Source: Planctomycetota bacterium
GTDB taxonomy: Bacteria > Planctomycetota > UBA11346
DNA length: 64,000 bases
Reading direction: 5' to 3'
Assembly (NCBI GenBank): GCA_038231435.1
Contig: JBBRLJ010000013.1
Span: 53,480-117,479 of the forward strand
The first letter of the stretch is position 1; each line of letters opens with the position of its first letter. The notes beneath the pieces were generated by a model. The model worked only from the letters and a program-made list of their open reading frames with translations, was not told the origin of the DNA and ran no database searches. Positions 10,536-22,245 of this stretch are shown piece by piece. Both the position numbers and the translations under genes were made by a program.

Positions 10536-13142
10536 TCAGCGCGCCGCGGGCGGTTCGTCGGCGGCGAGCGCGCGCAGGTAGTCGGCGACCGCCTTCTGAT
10601 AGGCGGCGGGGATCGGATCCTTGAGGAAGCCGCGCGCGGCGGCGCCATCGCGCTCCTTCTCGATCAGCCGGTCGATCATGCCCTCGAGCTTCTCGACCTG
10701 CCGCACCAACCGGTCGACGCGCTGCAGGCTACCATCGAGATCGTCTTCAAAGCCGGTGCCCTGCTTCACCTGCTCGCGCAGCCGCGCGACCTCGTCAGGC
10801 GCCACCGGCGCGAGGCGAGCGAGCGTCTGCTCGAGCTGTTCGCGCAGCTTGGTGGCCGAGGCATCGATGGCCTTGCCAAGGTTCGCCGAGAGTTTGCCGC
10901 CGTGACTGCGCTCGCTTCCCGCCCCCGAACCCTTGCCCGTGCCGTCGGCACCGGCGCCTGGCGCGCCGGTGGGTTCGGCGTCGCTCGCGGGACCGCCGGC
11001 GGTCTTGTTCGCGGGATCCGGCTTGTCGCCAGGCTGGGGAACTTTGCCGGTTTTGTCGTCCGGCTTCGCGGCTGGATCGGCGCCGCCCTTCGCCGCAGCA
11101 TCCGGCTTGCCGGAGCCTGGTTTGCCGCCCGCGTCGGTTCCGGGTTTGTCGCCTGGCTTGTCGCCGCCCTTCACTACGGAGCCCGCGGCCGCCGTGGCAT
11201 CCGGCTTGCCGGCCGCTTCGGTTCCAGGCTTGTCGCCAGTCTCGGTTCCCGGATCGCCCTGGGCCTGCGCGCCGGCTGCGGTCTCGGCGGCGCGTTCGAG
11301 TCCGCGCAGCTCGCTCGAGATGCGTTGCAGCGAGGCGAGATCCTTGCGCAGCATCGCTCCACCGCCGCCGGTGAGCGCCTGGTCGGCGGCCTCCACGCCG
11401 CCGCGCGCCTCGGCGAGCGCGGCCTTCACCTTCGCCATCGCCTCGGTGGCCGCGCCGAGATCGCCATCCTTCAGCGCCATCGCCGCATTCACCGCCTGTT
11501 GCGGCGCCTTGCTGTCCTTGAGGCCCTTGGCCGCACCGGCGAGCGCGTCGCGCGCCGCGGTCTGGTTGCTGCGCGCGCCGCCGTCGGCGGCGTCGCCCAT
11601 GGCGCCGGCGAGCTCCTTCAATTCGGCTAGCGCGGCATCGACCTCGCCCTTCACCTTGCCCTGCTCGACCATCAGCTCGGTGGCCTTGTCGCGCCGCGAG
11701 GTCTGGTCTCCTCCGCCCTGGCCGAGGTCACGGGTGCGCGCCATCACCTTGTCCTGGCGCGCCTGCAGCTCGGTCAGGCGCTGGGCGAGGCTCGCCACCG
11801 CCTGCTGCGCGCCCGCGGCCCCGGCGGCGTCGGTGCCGGCGTTGGCGGCGGCGATCATGCGCTCGGTATTGCGCGCCGCGGCCTCGGCTCCGGCCGTGTC
11901 GCCAGCGCGCATCTTCTCGGCGGCCTGGGCGGCGGCATCGGCGGCGGCATCGAAAGCGGCGGCCATGGCTTCGTCGCCGCGCCCCTCGCGCATCTTCTGC
12001 GCCTGGGCGCGCAACCCTTTCGCAACCGCGTCCTGCTGCTCGGCGAGATCACCGCCGGCCGCTCCGGCCTTGGCTGCATCGGATGTGCTAGTCGGCTTGC
12101 CGACCGCGCCATTGGGAGCGATTGCGTCGGTCTTCGCGGCATCGGCCACTGCCTGGGCATCGGCGGTGGCGCCGCCGGGCTGGTTTCCAGCGGGCTTGTC
12201 GCCCGGCTTGCCGGGCTTGTCTCCCGCCGCGGCGCCGGCCGCGGTGGTGCCAGCGGGCTTGTCGCCTGGTTTGTCGCCAGTCTGGGCGCCCGCGGTCTGG
12301 GTGCCCGGCTTGTCCCCGGGCTTGTCGCCTGGCTGGCCAGCGGCCTGGACTCCGGCCGGCTGATCGCCTGGCTTCGCTCCCGCCGGCTTGTCACCAGGCT
12401 TGTCCCCTGGTTTCCCGGCGCCCGCGGGCTGCGCACCAGCCGCCTGGGCGCCCGCGGGCTTGTCACCAGCGGCCTGCGGCTGTCCGGCGGCTGCAGGCTT
12501 CTGCGCGCCAGCTGCGGCCTGCTGATCCTTCTTAGGATCTTGCTTCGGATCAGCCTGCTGCTGATCCGGGTCCTGCTGCTGATCGGGGTCGGGCTTGCCG
12601 CCACCACCGGCGGTGGCCTGGGCGTGAAGATCCTTCAGCTTCTTGGTGATGTCTTTCTGCTTGGTCTCCAATTCCTTGGTGACGTCCCGGCTCTCCTTCA
12701 CCAGCTTGCGCAGGTGCAGGCCCTTGTAGTCGTACTCATCGGCGGCCAGCTGGCCGCCGCTCTTGGCGATCTCGAGCATGGTCTCGATGCCGCCGAGGGT
12801 CTCGAGCTTGTCCGCGGACGTGCCCTGCTCCTCGCGGAAATCCCCGGCGCCAACGGTGATCGTCTCGGGGACGATCAGGCCGAGCTTGCGCTGCAGGGCG
12901 AGCGCCTTGCGGAACTCCTCTGCCGCCGCGCCCGGCTGGTTCTTCTCGGTGAGCAGCGCATAGGCCGCATCGATGTGGGTATTCGCCTGGTCGAGGATGG
13001 CATGCTGTTCTGGGGTGAGCGTCACGTGCTTCGGGCCGGCGAGATGGCGGATCTTGGTACCGTCGGCGGCGGTGCCGGAGGTGGCGGCGGAGGCCGCGGG
13101 TGCGGCCATGGCGATGGCGAGCAGGGCGGTGGCGATCTTCAT
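10536..13142 (-). CDS. Secreted coiled-coil/low-complexity protein (DUF4175-like) with GDKP repeats
   Basis: Signal peptide, Ala/Gln-rich helical segments, many GDKP units, and C-terminal DPIPAAYQKAVADYLRAL as seen in such operon proteins. Confidence 0.7.
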   Translation of the reverse strand: MKIATALLAIAMAAPAASAATSGTAADGTKIRHLAGPKHVTLTPEQHAILDQANTHIDAAYALLTEKNQPGAAAEEFRKALALQRKLGLIVPETITVGAGDFREEQGTSADKLETLGGIETMLEIAKSGGQLAADEYDYKGLHLRKLVKESRDVTKELETKQKDITKKLKDLHAQATAGGGGKPDPDQQQDPDQQQADPKQDPKKDQQAAAGAQKPAAAGQPQAAGDKPAGAQAAGAQPAGAGKPGDKPGDKPAGAKPGDQPAGVQAAGQPGDKPGDKPGTQTAGAQTGDKPGDKPAGTTAAGAAAGDKPGKPGDKPAGNQPGGATADAQAVADAAKTDAIAPNGAVGKPTSTSDAAKAGAAGGDLAEQQDAVAKGLRAQAQKMREGRGDEAMAAAFDAAADAAAQAAEKMRAGDTAGAEAAARNTERMIAAANAGTDAAGAAGAQQAVASLAQRLTELQARQDKVMARTRDLGQGGGDQTSRRDKATELMVEQGKVKGEVDAALAELKELAGAMGDAADGGARSNQTAARDALAGAAKGLKDSKAPQQAVNAAMALKDGDLGAATEAMAKVKAALAEARGGVEAADQALTGGGGAMLRKDLASLQRISSELRGLERAAETAAGAQAQGDPGTETGDKPGTEAAGKPDATAAAGSVVKGGDKPGDKPGTDAGGKPGSGKPDAAAKGGADPAAKPDDKTGKVPQPGDKPDPANKTAGGPASDAEPTGAPGAGADGTGKGSGAGSERSHGGKLSANLGKAIDASATKLREQLEQTLARLAPVAPDEVARLREQVKQGTGFEDDLDGSLQRVDRLVRQVEKLEGMIDRLIEKERDGAAARGFLKDPIPAAYQKAVADYLRALAADEPPAAR

Positions 13143-13143
13143 G

Positions 13144-14955
13144 CTATTTTCTCTCCACGAGGAAGTCGGCGATGCGTTTGCATTCGGCGCGCAGCTGTTC
13201 GTCGGTCATCTTGGCGCGTTTCGCATCGAGATCGTGCGAGGCGCCGATGAGGGTGATGAGCTCGGGGGCAGAGGGCGCGTGCTTGGCGCCGGTCTCGGGC
13301 CAGCCGCCGTAGTGGGCGGCGCTCTCGAGCGCGCCGACGGTGATCGAATACACGTCGCTGCTCGAGACCTGTCCCTTGAGGTCGACGGCCTCGACATGGA
13401 AGACGATCGAATCGCCGCGTTTCACCTCCTTGCGATCGCAGAGCGCGATCTGGAACTCGGCGACCTGGATCTTGCCCGCGCCCAGGGTCTCGCGGCGGAC
13501 GACCACCGGGTCCTCGAGCCCATAGGCCATCACCAGGCGGACCTCCTTCAGTGCGATGTCGTCCTCGGCGCGCGCGGCGATGGCGATCTCGGCCATCGGG
13601 TGCACCTGGGTGTCCGCCAACGGATACAGCAGTTCGATGGTCGGTGGGCCGTCGCGGCGGGACACCACCGGCCACGGTCCTTCGATGCCTGAGACCGGGT
13701 TGCCGTCGGCGTCGATCGCCGAGAGGCGCCACTGGCCGTCCGCCGAGAGGGTGAAGGTGCCCGTGGCCTTGGCGTTCGTGATGGTCAGGGCGCCGGCCTT
13801 GCTCCCCGGTGCCTGGAGCGTCCCCGACGAGAGCGGACCGCTGGTCTCGAGATCCACATCCACCACCGTGCCTTCGACCGCATCGATCGCTCCGGCGGCG
13901 GCTTGGTGATCGGGCAGGTGCAGGTAGGCGGGATAGCGCAACACCATGGTGGCGTGCTTGAGGCTCGCCGAGTCGTAGACGGTGATGGGGAATTCCGACG
14001 ATTTCGCCGGCCCCATGGTCACCGCGTAGGCGGTGTCGACGGTGAGGTCGGGCAACATCGCCTGGAAGGCCTCCGGATGAGCCGGGTCCTCGGTCATCGG
14101 CAAGGTGCGCCACTGGCCCGCGCTGTCGCGCCAGGTCAGGGTGGGCGGCTCGGTGACGCGGTTGGCGCTGGCGTGGACGCGCAGGCCGTCGCCGCGACGC
14201 ACCCGTGCCGCTCCTGGCTGTACGTGCAGCTCGATCGGCGCAGGGATCTTGGCCTGCTGCTCGGCGAGGATCTCGTGGTTGCGGCGGTCGATGTCCGCCT
14301 TCTTCTTCGCCGCCACCAGCTCGGCCTGGTTCATCGGCACCGTCGTCCAGGGCGCGAGCACGCGCGCGAACTCGTGCGTCGCCAGTCCGGGACGGACGCC
14401 CGCAAAACCGAGCACCACGGCGCACGCCACACCTGCGGCGAGCGCGCGGCGCCCCAGTCGGCGCCGGTCGATCATCGACCACGGGCTCACCAGTGCCGCC
14501 TGCGCCAGGCAGTCGTCGATCAGGGCGAGGGCCAGCTCATCGCGCAGCGGATCGGCGCCCGGACGGATCTCGACCGCGGCGACCATCGCCCCGGCCAGCG
14601 CCGGCACGCGCGATTCGATGTGCAGCGCGACCTGCTCGTCGCTGATCCGGCGCCGCCAGGGCGCGGCGATCATCAGCGCCGCGCTGGCGACGAGGGCGGA
14701 GAGCGAAGCGCCGAGCAGCGCCCAGCGCCAGGGTGCTTCGAGATGGTACGCGCAATCGATCGCCACCAGCACCAGGACGAGCAGGCAGGCCTCGGCGAGC
14801 ACCGTGGCGACACCCGCAAGGATGCTGGCGCGTCGCCAGGCGCGGCGCACCGCATCGATGCGCTGCGAGAGCGGGAGCGAGCGCATGCCCTCGGCCCCGA
14901 TCTGGTCTCCATCCGGTCGGCTGTCGGGCAGGTTGTCGGAGACGGTGCCGTGCAT
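13144..14955 (-). CDS. Membrane protein with Ig-like periplasmic domains (DUF4175-like N-terminal half)
   Basis: Three TM segments, VALHIESRVPAL, YPAYL, DGPPTIEL..P, AEDDIAL, VFHVEAVD. Start set at MHGTVSD, abutting the upstream stop. Confidence 0.75.
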   Translation of the reverse strand: MHGTVSDNLPDSRPDGDQIGAEGMRSLPLSQRIDAVRRAWRRASILAGVATVLAEACLLVLVLVAIDCAYHLEAPWRWALLGASLSALVASAALMIAAPWRRRISDEQVALHIESRVPALAGAMVAAVEIRPGADPLRDELALALIDDCLAQAALVSPWSMIDRRRLGRRALAAGVACAVVLGFAGVRPGLATHEFARVLAPWTTVPMNQAELVAAKKKADIDRRNHEILAEQQAKIPAPIELHVQPGAARVRRGDGLRVHASANRVTEPPTLTWRDSAGQWRTLPMTEDPAHPEAFQAMLPDLTVDTAYAVTMGPAKSSEFPITVYDSASLKHATMVLRYPAYLHLPDHQAAAGAIDAVEGTVVDVDLETSGPLSSGTLQAPGSKAGALTITNAKATGTFTLSADGQWRLSAIDADGNPVSGIEGPWPVVSRRDGPPTIELLYPLADTQVHPMAEIAIAARAEDDIALKEVRLVMAYGLEDPVVVRRETLGAGKIQVAEFQIALCDRKEVKRGDSIVFHVEAVDLKGQVSSSDVYSITVGALESAAHYGGWPETGAKHAPSAPELITLIGASHDLDAKRAKMTDEQLRAECKRIADFLVERK

Positions 14956-16985
14956 CAGGTCCTCGACGCCGCTTGGGCCAGCCGCAACTCGATGGGGAGC
15001 AGCGCGGCGAGCGCGATCAGGAACCACCAGCCGAGATTCCAGCGGCGCTCGGCCGCCAGTTTTTCGTCAGGCATCAGCACGCGTTCCAGCCCACGCCCCA
15101 CCGCGCGCACCTGCACCTGGGTGGGCGCGGTCACCAGCTTCTCGACTTCGGCGACCTCGAGCGCGGCGAGCTGCGATTCGCGCGCGTCGGCATTCACCGC
15201 ATAGAGCGTGATCGCGCCATCACCCGGACCGGGGCCCGCCGCCGACCGCACCGTCCAGATGCCGGGCTGGCCGAGCGACACTGCGGTGGGCGCCGCCACC
15301 GCGCGCTCATGGCCGGCCGGGTCCACGACGGTCGCACCCGCCGGCACCGCCACCGTCTCGCCAGCGGCGAGCGAGCGCGAGCGCTGGGTGCGCGAGGCGA
15401 GCTGACGCAGCGATTCGCGGATGAAGGGCACGAACAACGGATGCAGCGGGAAGTAGCTGGCGCGGCGATCCAGGCACCCGGTGAACAGCAGCACCGTGCC
15501 GGCGCCGCGGCGGGCCTCGATGAGGGCAGGCCGTTCGTCGTCGAAGCGCATCACCACATGCGCATCCTGGCTGTCCATGACGTCGGCGGCGCCAGAGAAA
15601 CGCGCCGCGCCGAGATCGGACTTGCCGTCGCCAATCAACGCCGCCACCAGCGGATGCGTGGCGTCGGCGGCGACCAGGTAGTGCGAGCCCTCGCTCCAGG
15701 CGCGCATGCGCGCGGGTAGCAGGCTGCCGAGCGCCGCGTTGAAGCGCGCCGGGTCGATGCCGGGCCCGAGGCCGATGAGCAGCCCGCCGCCGGCGCGTAC
15801 GAACGCGTCGAGCCGCTTCGCATCGTCCGCGCCCAGGCTCTCGACCGCGGTGAGCACCGCCACGTCGCGGCCCTTGAGGTCCCCGAGCGAGCGCTCGATC
15901 TCGGCAGCGTACGGCGATTCGGCGCCGGAATTCAGCGCCATGCCCACGTAGTAGGCCGAGTCGGAAGCGCTGTCGTCGCTCGGATTGCCGTCGAGCACCG
16001 CCACCCGCACCTTGTCGACCACGCGCGCCACGAAGCTGAAGCTATCGTCGCCGGGAAGCGCGATGGGCGCGGCGAGCAGCGACACCGAGGCTGGATGGTC
16101 GCCAGCGGCGCGCACGGTGCCCACCAGCGACGCCACCGCCTCGCCATCCTGGGGCAGATGAACCGTGCGGCGGTCGAGCTCCTTGCCGTCGACGATGAGC
16201 TTCGCGTCGACGGTGCGTTCGGGGCCGCTGTTGGCGATGCGCGCGGTGACGGCGAGGTTGCGCTCGCTCGGCGTGATCTCGGCGGGGAACGAGCCTCCGC
16301 TGATCGCCACCGCGCCGTCGGTCTGCACGTCGCCCCCGCCAACCTTGTGCACGCGCACCGTCCAGCCGGTGGGCGGATGGCGGGGCTCGTGGGTGCGCGG
16401 GAAGCCGATCGCCTGGAGATCGGAGATGAGGTGGATCTCTCCGGTCGATCCGCGCACGCTGTCGATCGCGCGATCCAGTGCGGCCAGCGCGTCGGTGCCG
16501 GCGCCGGTGGGCGCGGCGCGCGCGATCATCGCCGCGGCGTCGTCGCGGTCCTTCGCGGCGCCCACCGCGGCGCTGCCGACGTCGGCGAAGGTGGCCACGG
16601 CGAGCAGCGCTCCGCCCGGAGACTTGGCGAGCACGGCCTCGGCCTCGCGTCGGGCATCCTCCATGCGCTTGCCGATGGTCATCGAGCGCGACACGTCGAG
16701 CAGGATGACCACCTCGTGCTGCGAGGTGCCGGTGGGGCCGGAGCCGCCGCCGACCAGCGGCCTGGCGAAGGCGGCGATCAGCAACAGCACGCAGGCGATG
16801 CGCAGCGCGAGCAGCAGGTTCTCGAGCCAGCGGCGGCGCGTCAGCAGCTGGCGGCCCTCGCCCTTGAGGAAGCGCAGCGACGGGAAGAGCACGCGCGTGA
16901 GCCGTTCGCGCAGGAGGATGTGCAGGATCAGCGGCACCGCCGCCAACGCCGCCAACCACAGCAGGCCCGGGTTCAGCCAGCTCAT
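14955..16985 (-). CDS. BatA domain plus VWA protein
   Basis: BatA N-terminus MSWLNPGLLWLAALAAVPLILHIL...FPSLRFL, LLDVSRSM, LISDLQ, FVRAGGGLLI, AVNADARES, C-terminal TM. Confidence 0.9.
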   Translation of the reverse strand: MSWLNPGLLWLAALAAVPLILHILLRERLTRVLFPSLRFLKGEGRQLLTRRRWLENLLLALRIACVLLLIAAFARPLVGGGSGPTGTSQHEVVILLDVSRSMTIGKRMEDARREAEAVLAKSPGGALLAVATFADVGSAAVGAAKDRDDAAAMIARAAPTGAGTDALAALDRAIDSVRGSTGEIHLISDLQAIGFPRTHEPRHPPTGWTVRVHKVGGGDVQTDGAVAISGGSFPAEITPSERNLAVTARIANSGPERTVDAKLIVDGKELDRRTVHLPQDGEAVASLVGTVRAAGDHPASVSLLAAPIALPGDDSFSFVARVVDKVRVAVLDGNPSDDSASDSAYYVGMALNSGAESPYAAEIERSLGDLKGRDVAVLTAVESLGADDAKRLDAFVRAGGGLLIGLGPGIDPARFNAALGSLLPARMRAWSEGSHYLVAADATHPLVAALIGDGKSDLGAARFSGAADVMDSQDAHVVMRFDDERPALIEARRGAGTVLLFTGCLDRRASYFPLHPLFVPFIRESLRQLASRTQRSRSLAAGETVAVPAGATVVDPAGHERAVAAPTAVSLGQPGIWTVRSAAGPGPGDGAITLYAVNADARESQLAALEVAEVEKLVTAPTQVQVRAVGRGLERVLMPDEKLAAERRWNLGWWFLIALAALLPIELRLAQAASRT

Positions 16986-17926
16986 CCCGCCCTCCCGCGG
17001 CGATGCAGCCATTCGGCGAGCGCCAGGTCGAGCGGCTGGCTGGTGTCGAAGACCACGTGGTCGATGCCGAGATCGGCCATCATCGCCTTCACCGCGTCCT
17101 GATGACGGTTGAAGCCTTCGAGGTAGGCGGTGCGCGCCGAACGCGCCGAGGTGACGATGCGCTCGTTGGTCTCCAGGTCGGTGAACTCGGTGAGGCCGTC
17201 GAAGGGGAATTCGAGCTCATGGGGATCGAGCACCTGGAAGACCAGCACCTCGTGCCCGGCGAAGCGCAAGTGCTGCAGCGCGGGCGCGAGCGGTGCGAGA
17301 TCGCCGAGCAGGTCGCTGATCAGCACCACCATGCCGCGGCGGCGGATGGCCTCGGCGGCACGGTGCAGCGGCTCGTGCAGCGAGGTCTCGCCGCCGGGTT
17401 CGGCATTGGCGAGCTCGGTGAGGATGCGCTGCAGGTGGCTCTGGCGCAGCTTGGCGGGCAGGAAGGTGCGCACTTCGTCGTCGAAGATGGCGAGCCCGGC
17501 GGCGTCGCGCTGGCCCATCATGAAGAAGGCCAGGCAGGCAGCCATGCGCGTCGCGTACTCGAGCTTGGTGCGCGTCTGCGGGCTTCCTTCCTTGCCGGAG
17601 CCGTAGCCCATCGAGGCGCTGGCGTCGACCAGCAGGTGGCAGGCGAGGTTGGTCTCCTCTTCATACAGTTTCAGGTAATGCCGGTCGGTCTTGGCGTAGG
17701 CCTTCCAGTCGATGCGCTTCACGTCGTCGCCCGGGACATACGGCCGGTACTCGGCGAACTCGACGCTGAAGCCGCGGTAGGGCGAACGGTGGAGGCCGAG
17801 GATGAAACCCTCGACCACGGTCTTGGCCAACAGCTCGAGGTTGCCCAGGCGCGCGAGCGCCGCCGCGTCGAGCAGGTCGATGCCCGCCGTGCGATCGTCG
17901 CCTTTCGCTCCTTTGCCGAGAGCCAT
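16982..17926 (-). CDS. DUF58 domain protein
   Basis: GLHRSPYRGFSVEFAEYRPYVPGDDVKRIDWKAYAKTD, YEEETNL, LVDASASM, LISDL. Confidence 0.95.
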   Translation of the reverse strand: MALGKGAKGDDRTAGIDLLDAAALARLGNLELLAKTVVEGFILGLHRSPYRGFSVEFAEYRPYVPGDDVKRIDWKAYAKTDRHYLKLYEEETNLACHLLVDASASMGYGSGKEGSPQTRTKLEYATRMAACLAFFMMGQRDAAGLAIFDDEVRTFLPAKLRQSHLQRILTELANAEPGGETSLHEPLHRAAEAIRRRGMVVLISDLLGDLAPLAPALQHLRFAGHEVLVFQVLDPHELEFPFDGLTEFTDLETNERIVTSARSARTAYLEGFNRHQDAVKAMMADLGIDHVVFDTSQPLDLALAEWLHRRGRAG

Positions 17927-17928
17927 GC

Positions 17929-18947
17929 CTACAGTCCCGAACGCGGCGGCTCGACCGCCTTCAGGAGTTTCTCGACCAGCTGCTCTGAACCGATCTTGGC
18001 CGCGTCGGCCTTGAAGTTCGGCACGATGCGGTGGCGCAGCACTGGCAGCGCCACCGCCTTGACGTCGTCGACCGAAGGCGCGAGGCGGCCCTCGAGCGCC
18101 GCGCGCGCACGCGCCGCCAGCACCAGGTACTGCGAACCGCGCAGGCTGGCGCCGATCGAGACGAACTGCCTGATGAAGTCGGGAGCGGTGGCGTGCTTCG
18201 GCCGCGACGCCGCGGCCAGGCGCACCGCGTAGCGCGCTACCGCCGAGGACACCGGAAGCGCGCGCACCACGCGCTGGGCTTCGAGCAGCTGCTCGGCGCT
18301 GAGCGCCGATTCGATCGCGGACTTGGTCTCGGAGGTGGTGCGATCGAGGATCGCCAGCTCTTCGTCCTTGGTCGGATAGCCGATCACCAGGCTGTACATG
18401 AAGCGGTCCTGCTGCGCGAGTGGCAGAGGGTAGGTGCCTTCCTGCTCGATCGGGTTCTGGGTCGCGAGCACGAAGAAGGGCTCGACCAGGGGCCGCGTCA
18501 CGCCGCCGCTGGTGACCTGACGTTCCTGCATGGCTTCTAACAGCGCCGCCTGGGTCTTGGGCGGTGTGCGGTTGATCTCGTCGGCGAGGACGATGTTGCT
18601 GAAGATCGGCCCTTCGACGAACACCAGCTTGCGCTTGCCGCCTTCCTCTTTCAGCACCTCGTAGCCGACGATATCCGACGGCATCAGGTCGGGCGTGAAC
18701 TGGATGCGCTTGAAGGACAGCGCCAGCGCCTGGCCGAGGCTGGCGATGAGCAGCGTCTTGGCGAGGCCCGGCACGCCGGTGATCAGGCAGTGGCCGCCGG
18801 CGAAGAAGCTGGTGAGCACGTCGTCGACCACGCGGTCTTGGCCGACGATGGCCTTGCGCACCTGTGCGAGCACCGCGGCGCGCGCCGCCTGCAGGCGCTG
18901 CACGTGCTGGGCTCCGAGCGGAGCGGAAGCGGGGGCTGACGCGGCGC

Positions 18948-18951
<4 letters not shown>
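17929..18951 (-). CDS. moxR: MoxR-family AAA+ ATPase (canonical motifs)
   Basis: GHCLITGVPGLAKT, RIQFTPDLMPSD, LADEINRTPPKTQAALLEAMQE, ATQNPIEQEGTYPLP. Start at 18951 overlaps the upstream stop. Confidence 0.95.
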
Positions 18952-19973
<1,022 letters not shown>

Positions 19974-20114
19974 GCGTCCTCCGAGGTTCGTCCATCGTCA
20001 GTATGCCGTCCATGACCGCCACAGCGCAAGCGCGCTCGGCCCGAGCCCTGTCAGTCTCTCTCCCGCTCCGTCCAGGTATCACCAGTGCGTCCGCCGCCGC
20101 CTGCGCGATCCACG

Positions 20115-22187
20115 TCAGCGCGCCAGCTTCGTCGGAACAGGCTTCCCGGCGGTTGTCGGCTTGGTCGACGCCGGCTTGGCGCCAGTCTGCGGTCTGCTCC
20201 CGGCCAAGGCGGGATTCTGGCCAGCGCCCATGGCGAGGGCAGAGGTGCCGGCGGTGGGGGAAGCCTCGGCGACCTCGCTCGCGTGCTGGAGCAGATCCAG
20301 CGTCTCCATGCCGTCCTTCTTTCCAACGTTCGCCGCGGCCAGGCGAGCCTTGGCGATCGTCTGCTTGGCCTGATCGATGGCCCCGATCGAGACTGACAGC
20401 GCGGCGTAGTCCGCGAGGGCCTGGATCGGCGCGCCATCCTTGGCTGCGTAGCAGCGGGCGATGGCGTGGAAGCTGGCGGGTTGGAGCGTGGTCCATGGCA
20501 GCTGCATGGAACCCTCCTGCAGCTTCACGGTGACATCCTCTTCGGTCGCGCTCTGCACGGTGCCTGTCACGCTCTTGTGGTTGAAGTCTATGATCGTGGT
20601 CGGCGCCTGGCCGCCGCCGGTGATCGCGCGCTGGATGGTGCGCGCGGTGGCGCCCTCGGTGGCGGCCTGCAGGGCCTTGCGCTCGGTCGGCGTGAGTGAC
20701 GGCTTGGACGCGCCAGCGGGTGGCGCCGGCGCGCCGGCGAACACGATCACGGTGAGCGAGTAGGCGGGCAGCTGGCGCGCCAGCGCCTTGTCGATCTTCA
20801 TCGCCTTCGGCGCCGGCAGATCCTCCTCGGCGGGTTTCGGCGCGGGCGTCTCGTTGTAGACGACATCGCTGTCGCCGATCTTGCCGGTGGCGCCGACCAT
20901 GGTGTACACCTGCGCCAGCTTGCCCTCGGGCTTGAAAGCGGAGAACGACGCGCTGACGCCGATCTCGTGGTCGGACTTGTTGATGAGCATCAGCTGCAGC
21001 CCGCCGTTCCGGTCCTTGGTGGCGTAGGCGCTGAGCACGTTCGCCTCGTCCGCCGGATTGGTCAGAGGCAGCGCTAGCGAGCCCATGCGCGCGGCCATGG
21101 ACAGCGCGTAGAATGTCGGGCTGGCTGTGTTCTCGCTCTTCGGCTCGCCTTTCATCGATAGCACGCCCCAGCCGTGATCGATGTGCTGCAGGCAGAAATG
21201 GGTGTGCCCGGCCACCCCGGTGCGCAGGAACATGCCGATGCAGTCCGCGCAGCCGAGTGCGTTGGCGAGCCCGTACGCCGAGGTGTTCTTGTCGCCGCCG
21301 CCCCAGTTCCATTCGGTGATGTACAAAGGCAGCGGGCGCGAGTCATAGTCGGTGAGGGTCTTGTGCAGGTAGTCCCAGCATCCCTGCCAGCCCTGGGCGG
21401 TGCCGCGGGTCTTCTCCCACGGCCCGTCACCGCCGCCTGGATACCAATGGATCGACACCGCGTCGGCGAGGCCGTCGCCCTTCTTGTCGCCGTGCGCGGC
21501 CATGAACTTCTCGATGGTCTTCTCGTGCCACCAGAACCAGGTGTTGGTGGCGGCCGGGCCCATCACCCGAGCCTTCGGATCGGCCTCGCGGATGGCCAGC
21601 ACCTGTTCGGCGTACTTGGCGTTGTACCACGCGTAGTTCTGATCGAGGTTCTCCTTGTGCGGGCCGTCATTCTCGGGCTCGTTGCCGATCTCCCAGAAGG
21701 CGACCTTGATGCCCGCGGCGGCGGCGGCCTTGACCCAGGCGGCGGCGTGCGCGCCCGAGCTGTCGAATTTCGATTTCCCGCCCTTGACCTTGTCGTCGTA
21801 CTCGCCGTCGTTGGCGATGTCGGTCTGGAAGATCATCTCCGCGCCGGCGTTGTGCGCGAACGACCAGGCCATGTCGGGCGTGATCGTCGACCAGCCGGTG
21901 TTCAGGGGCTGTTCCCAGTCGTACCACTGGCACGGGCATCCGCCGGGGAAGCGCAAGAGTCCGAGGCCCATCTGGGCGACGGCCTTGCGCGTGCCCGGGG
22001 TGTCGCCGGTGGAGTTCCACAGCGCGCACAGGTTGTTGCCGCTGAAACGTTCTGCGACCGCATGCAGGGTCGTCGCGTCATCGACCGCGAGCGCGATGTC
22101 CTCGGCGCGCACCTGGGTTCCTCCCATGGCCAAGGCGACGACCAGAGCGATGATGTCAGTGGACGACAGATGGACGCGGGGGTGCAT
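20115..22187 (-). CDS. Secreted clan GH-A glycoside hydrolase (GH44/51/79-like) with extra C-terminal domain
   Basis: Signal peptide, LLRFPGG, WEIGNEP (acid/base), VSIHWYP, YITEWN (nucleophile), LSAYAT...LMLINKS...LPAYSLTVI beta-domain. Start reassigned from the over-long ORF. Confidence 0.82.
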   Translation of the reverse strand: MHPRVHLSSTDIIALVVALAMGGTQVRAEDIALAVDDATTLHAVAERFSGNNLCALWNSTGDTPGTRKAVAQMGLGLLRFPGGCPCQWYDWEQPLNTGWSTITPDMAWSFAHNAGAEMIFQTDIANDGEYDDKVKGGKSKFDSSGAHAAAWVKAAAAAGIKVAFWEIGNEPENDGPHKENLDQNYAWYNAKYAEQVLAIREADPKARVMGPAATNTWFWWHEKTIEKFMAAHGDKKGDGLADAVSIHWYPGGGDGPWEKTRGTAQGWQGCWDYLHKTLTDYDSRPLPLYITEWNWGGGDKNTSAYGLANALGCADCIGMFLRTGVAGHTHFCLQHIDHGWGVLSMKGEPKSENTASPTFYALSMAARMGSLALPLTNPADEANVLSAYATKDRNGGLQLMLINKSDHEIGVSASFSAFKPEGKLAQVYTMVGATGKIGDSDVVYNETPAPKPAEEDLPAPKAMKIDKALARQLPAYSLTVIVFAGAPAPPAGASKPSLTPTERKALQAATEGATARTIQRAITGGGQAPTTIIDFNHKSVTGTVQSATEEDVTVKLQEGSMQLPWTTLQPASFHAIARCYAAKDGAPIQALADYAALSVSIGAIDQAKQTIAKARLAAANVGKKDGMETLDLLQHASEVAEASPTAGTSALAMGAGQNPALAGSRPQTGAKPASTKPTTAGKPVPTKLAR

Positions 22188-22245
22188 GATTCCTCGGGAT
22201 TCCGTGTTCATTCGACGCGTGGACAGGTATTGGGCAGGTATCTGG

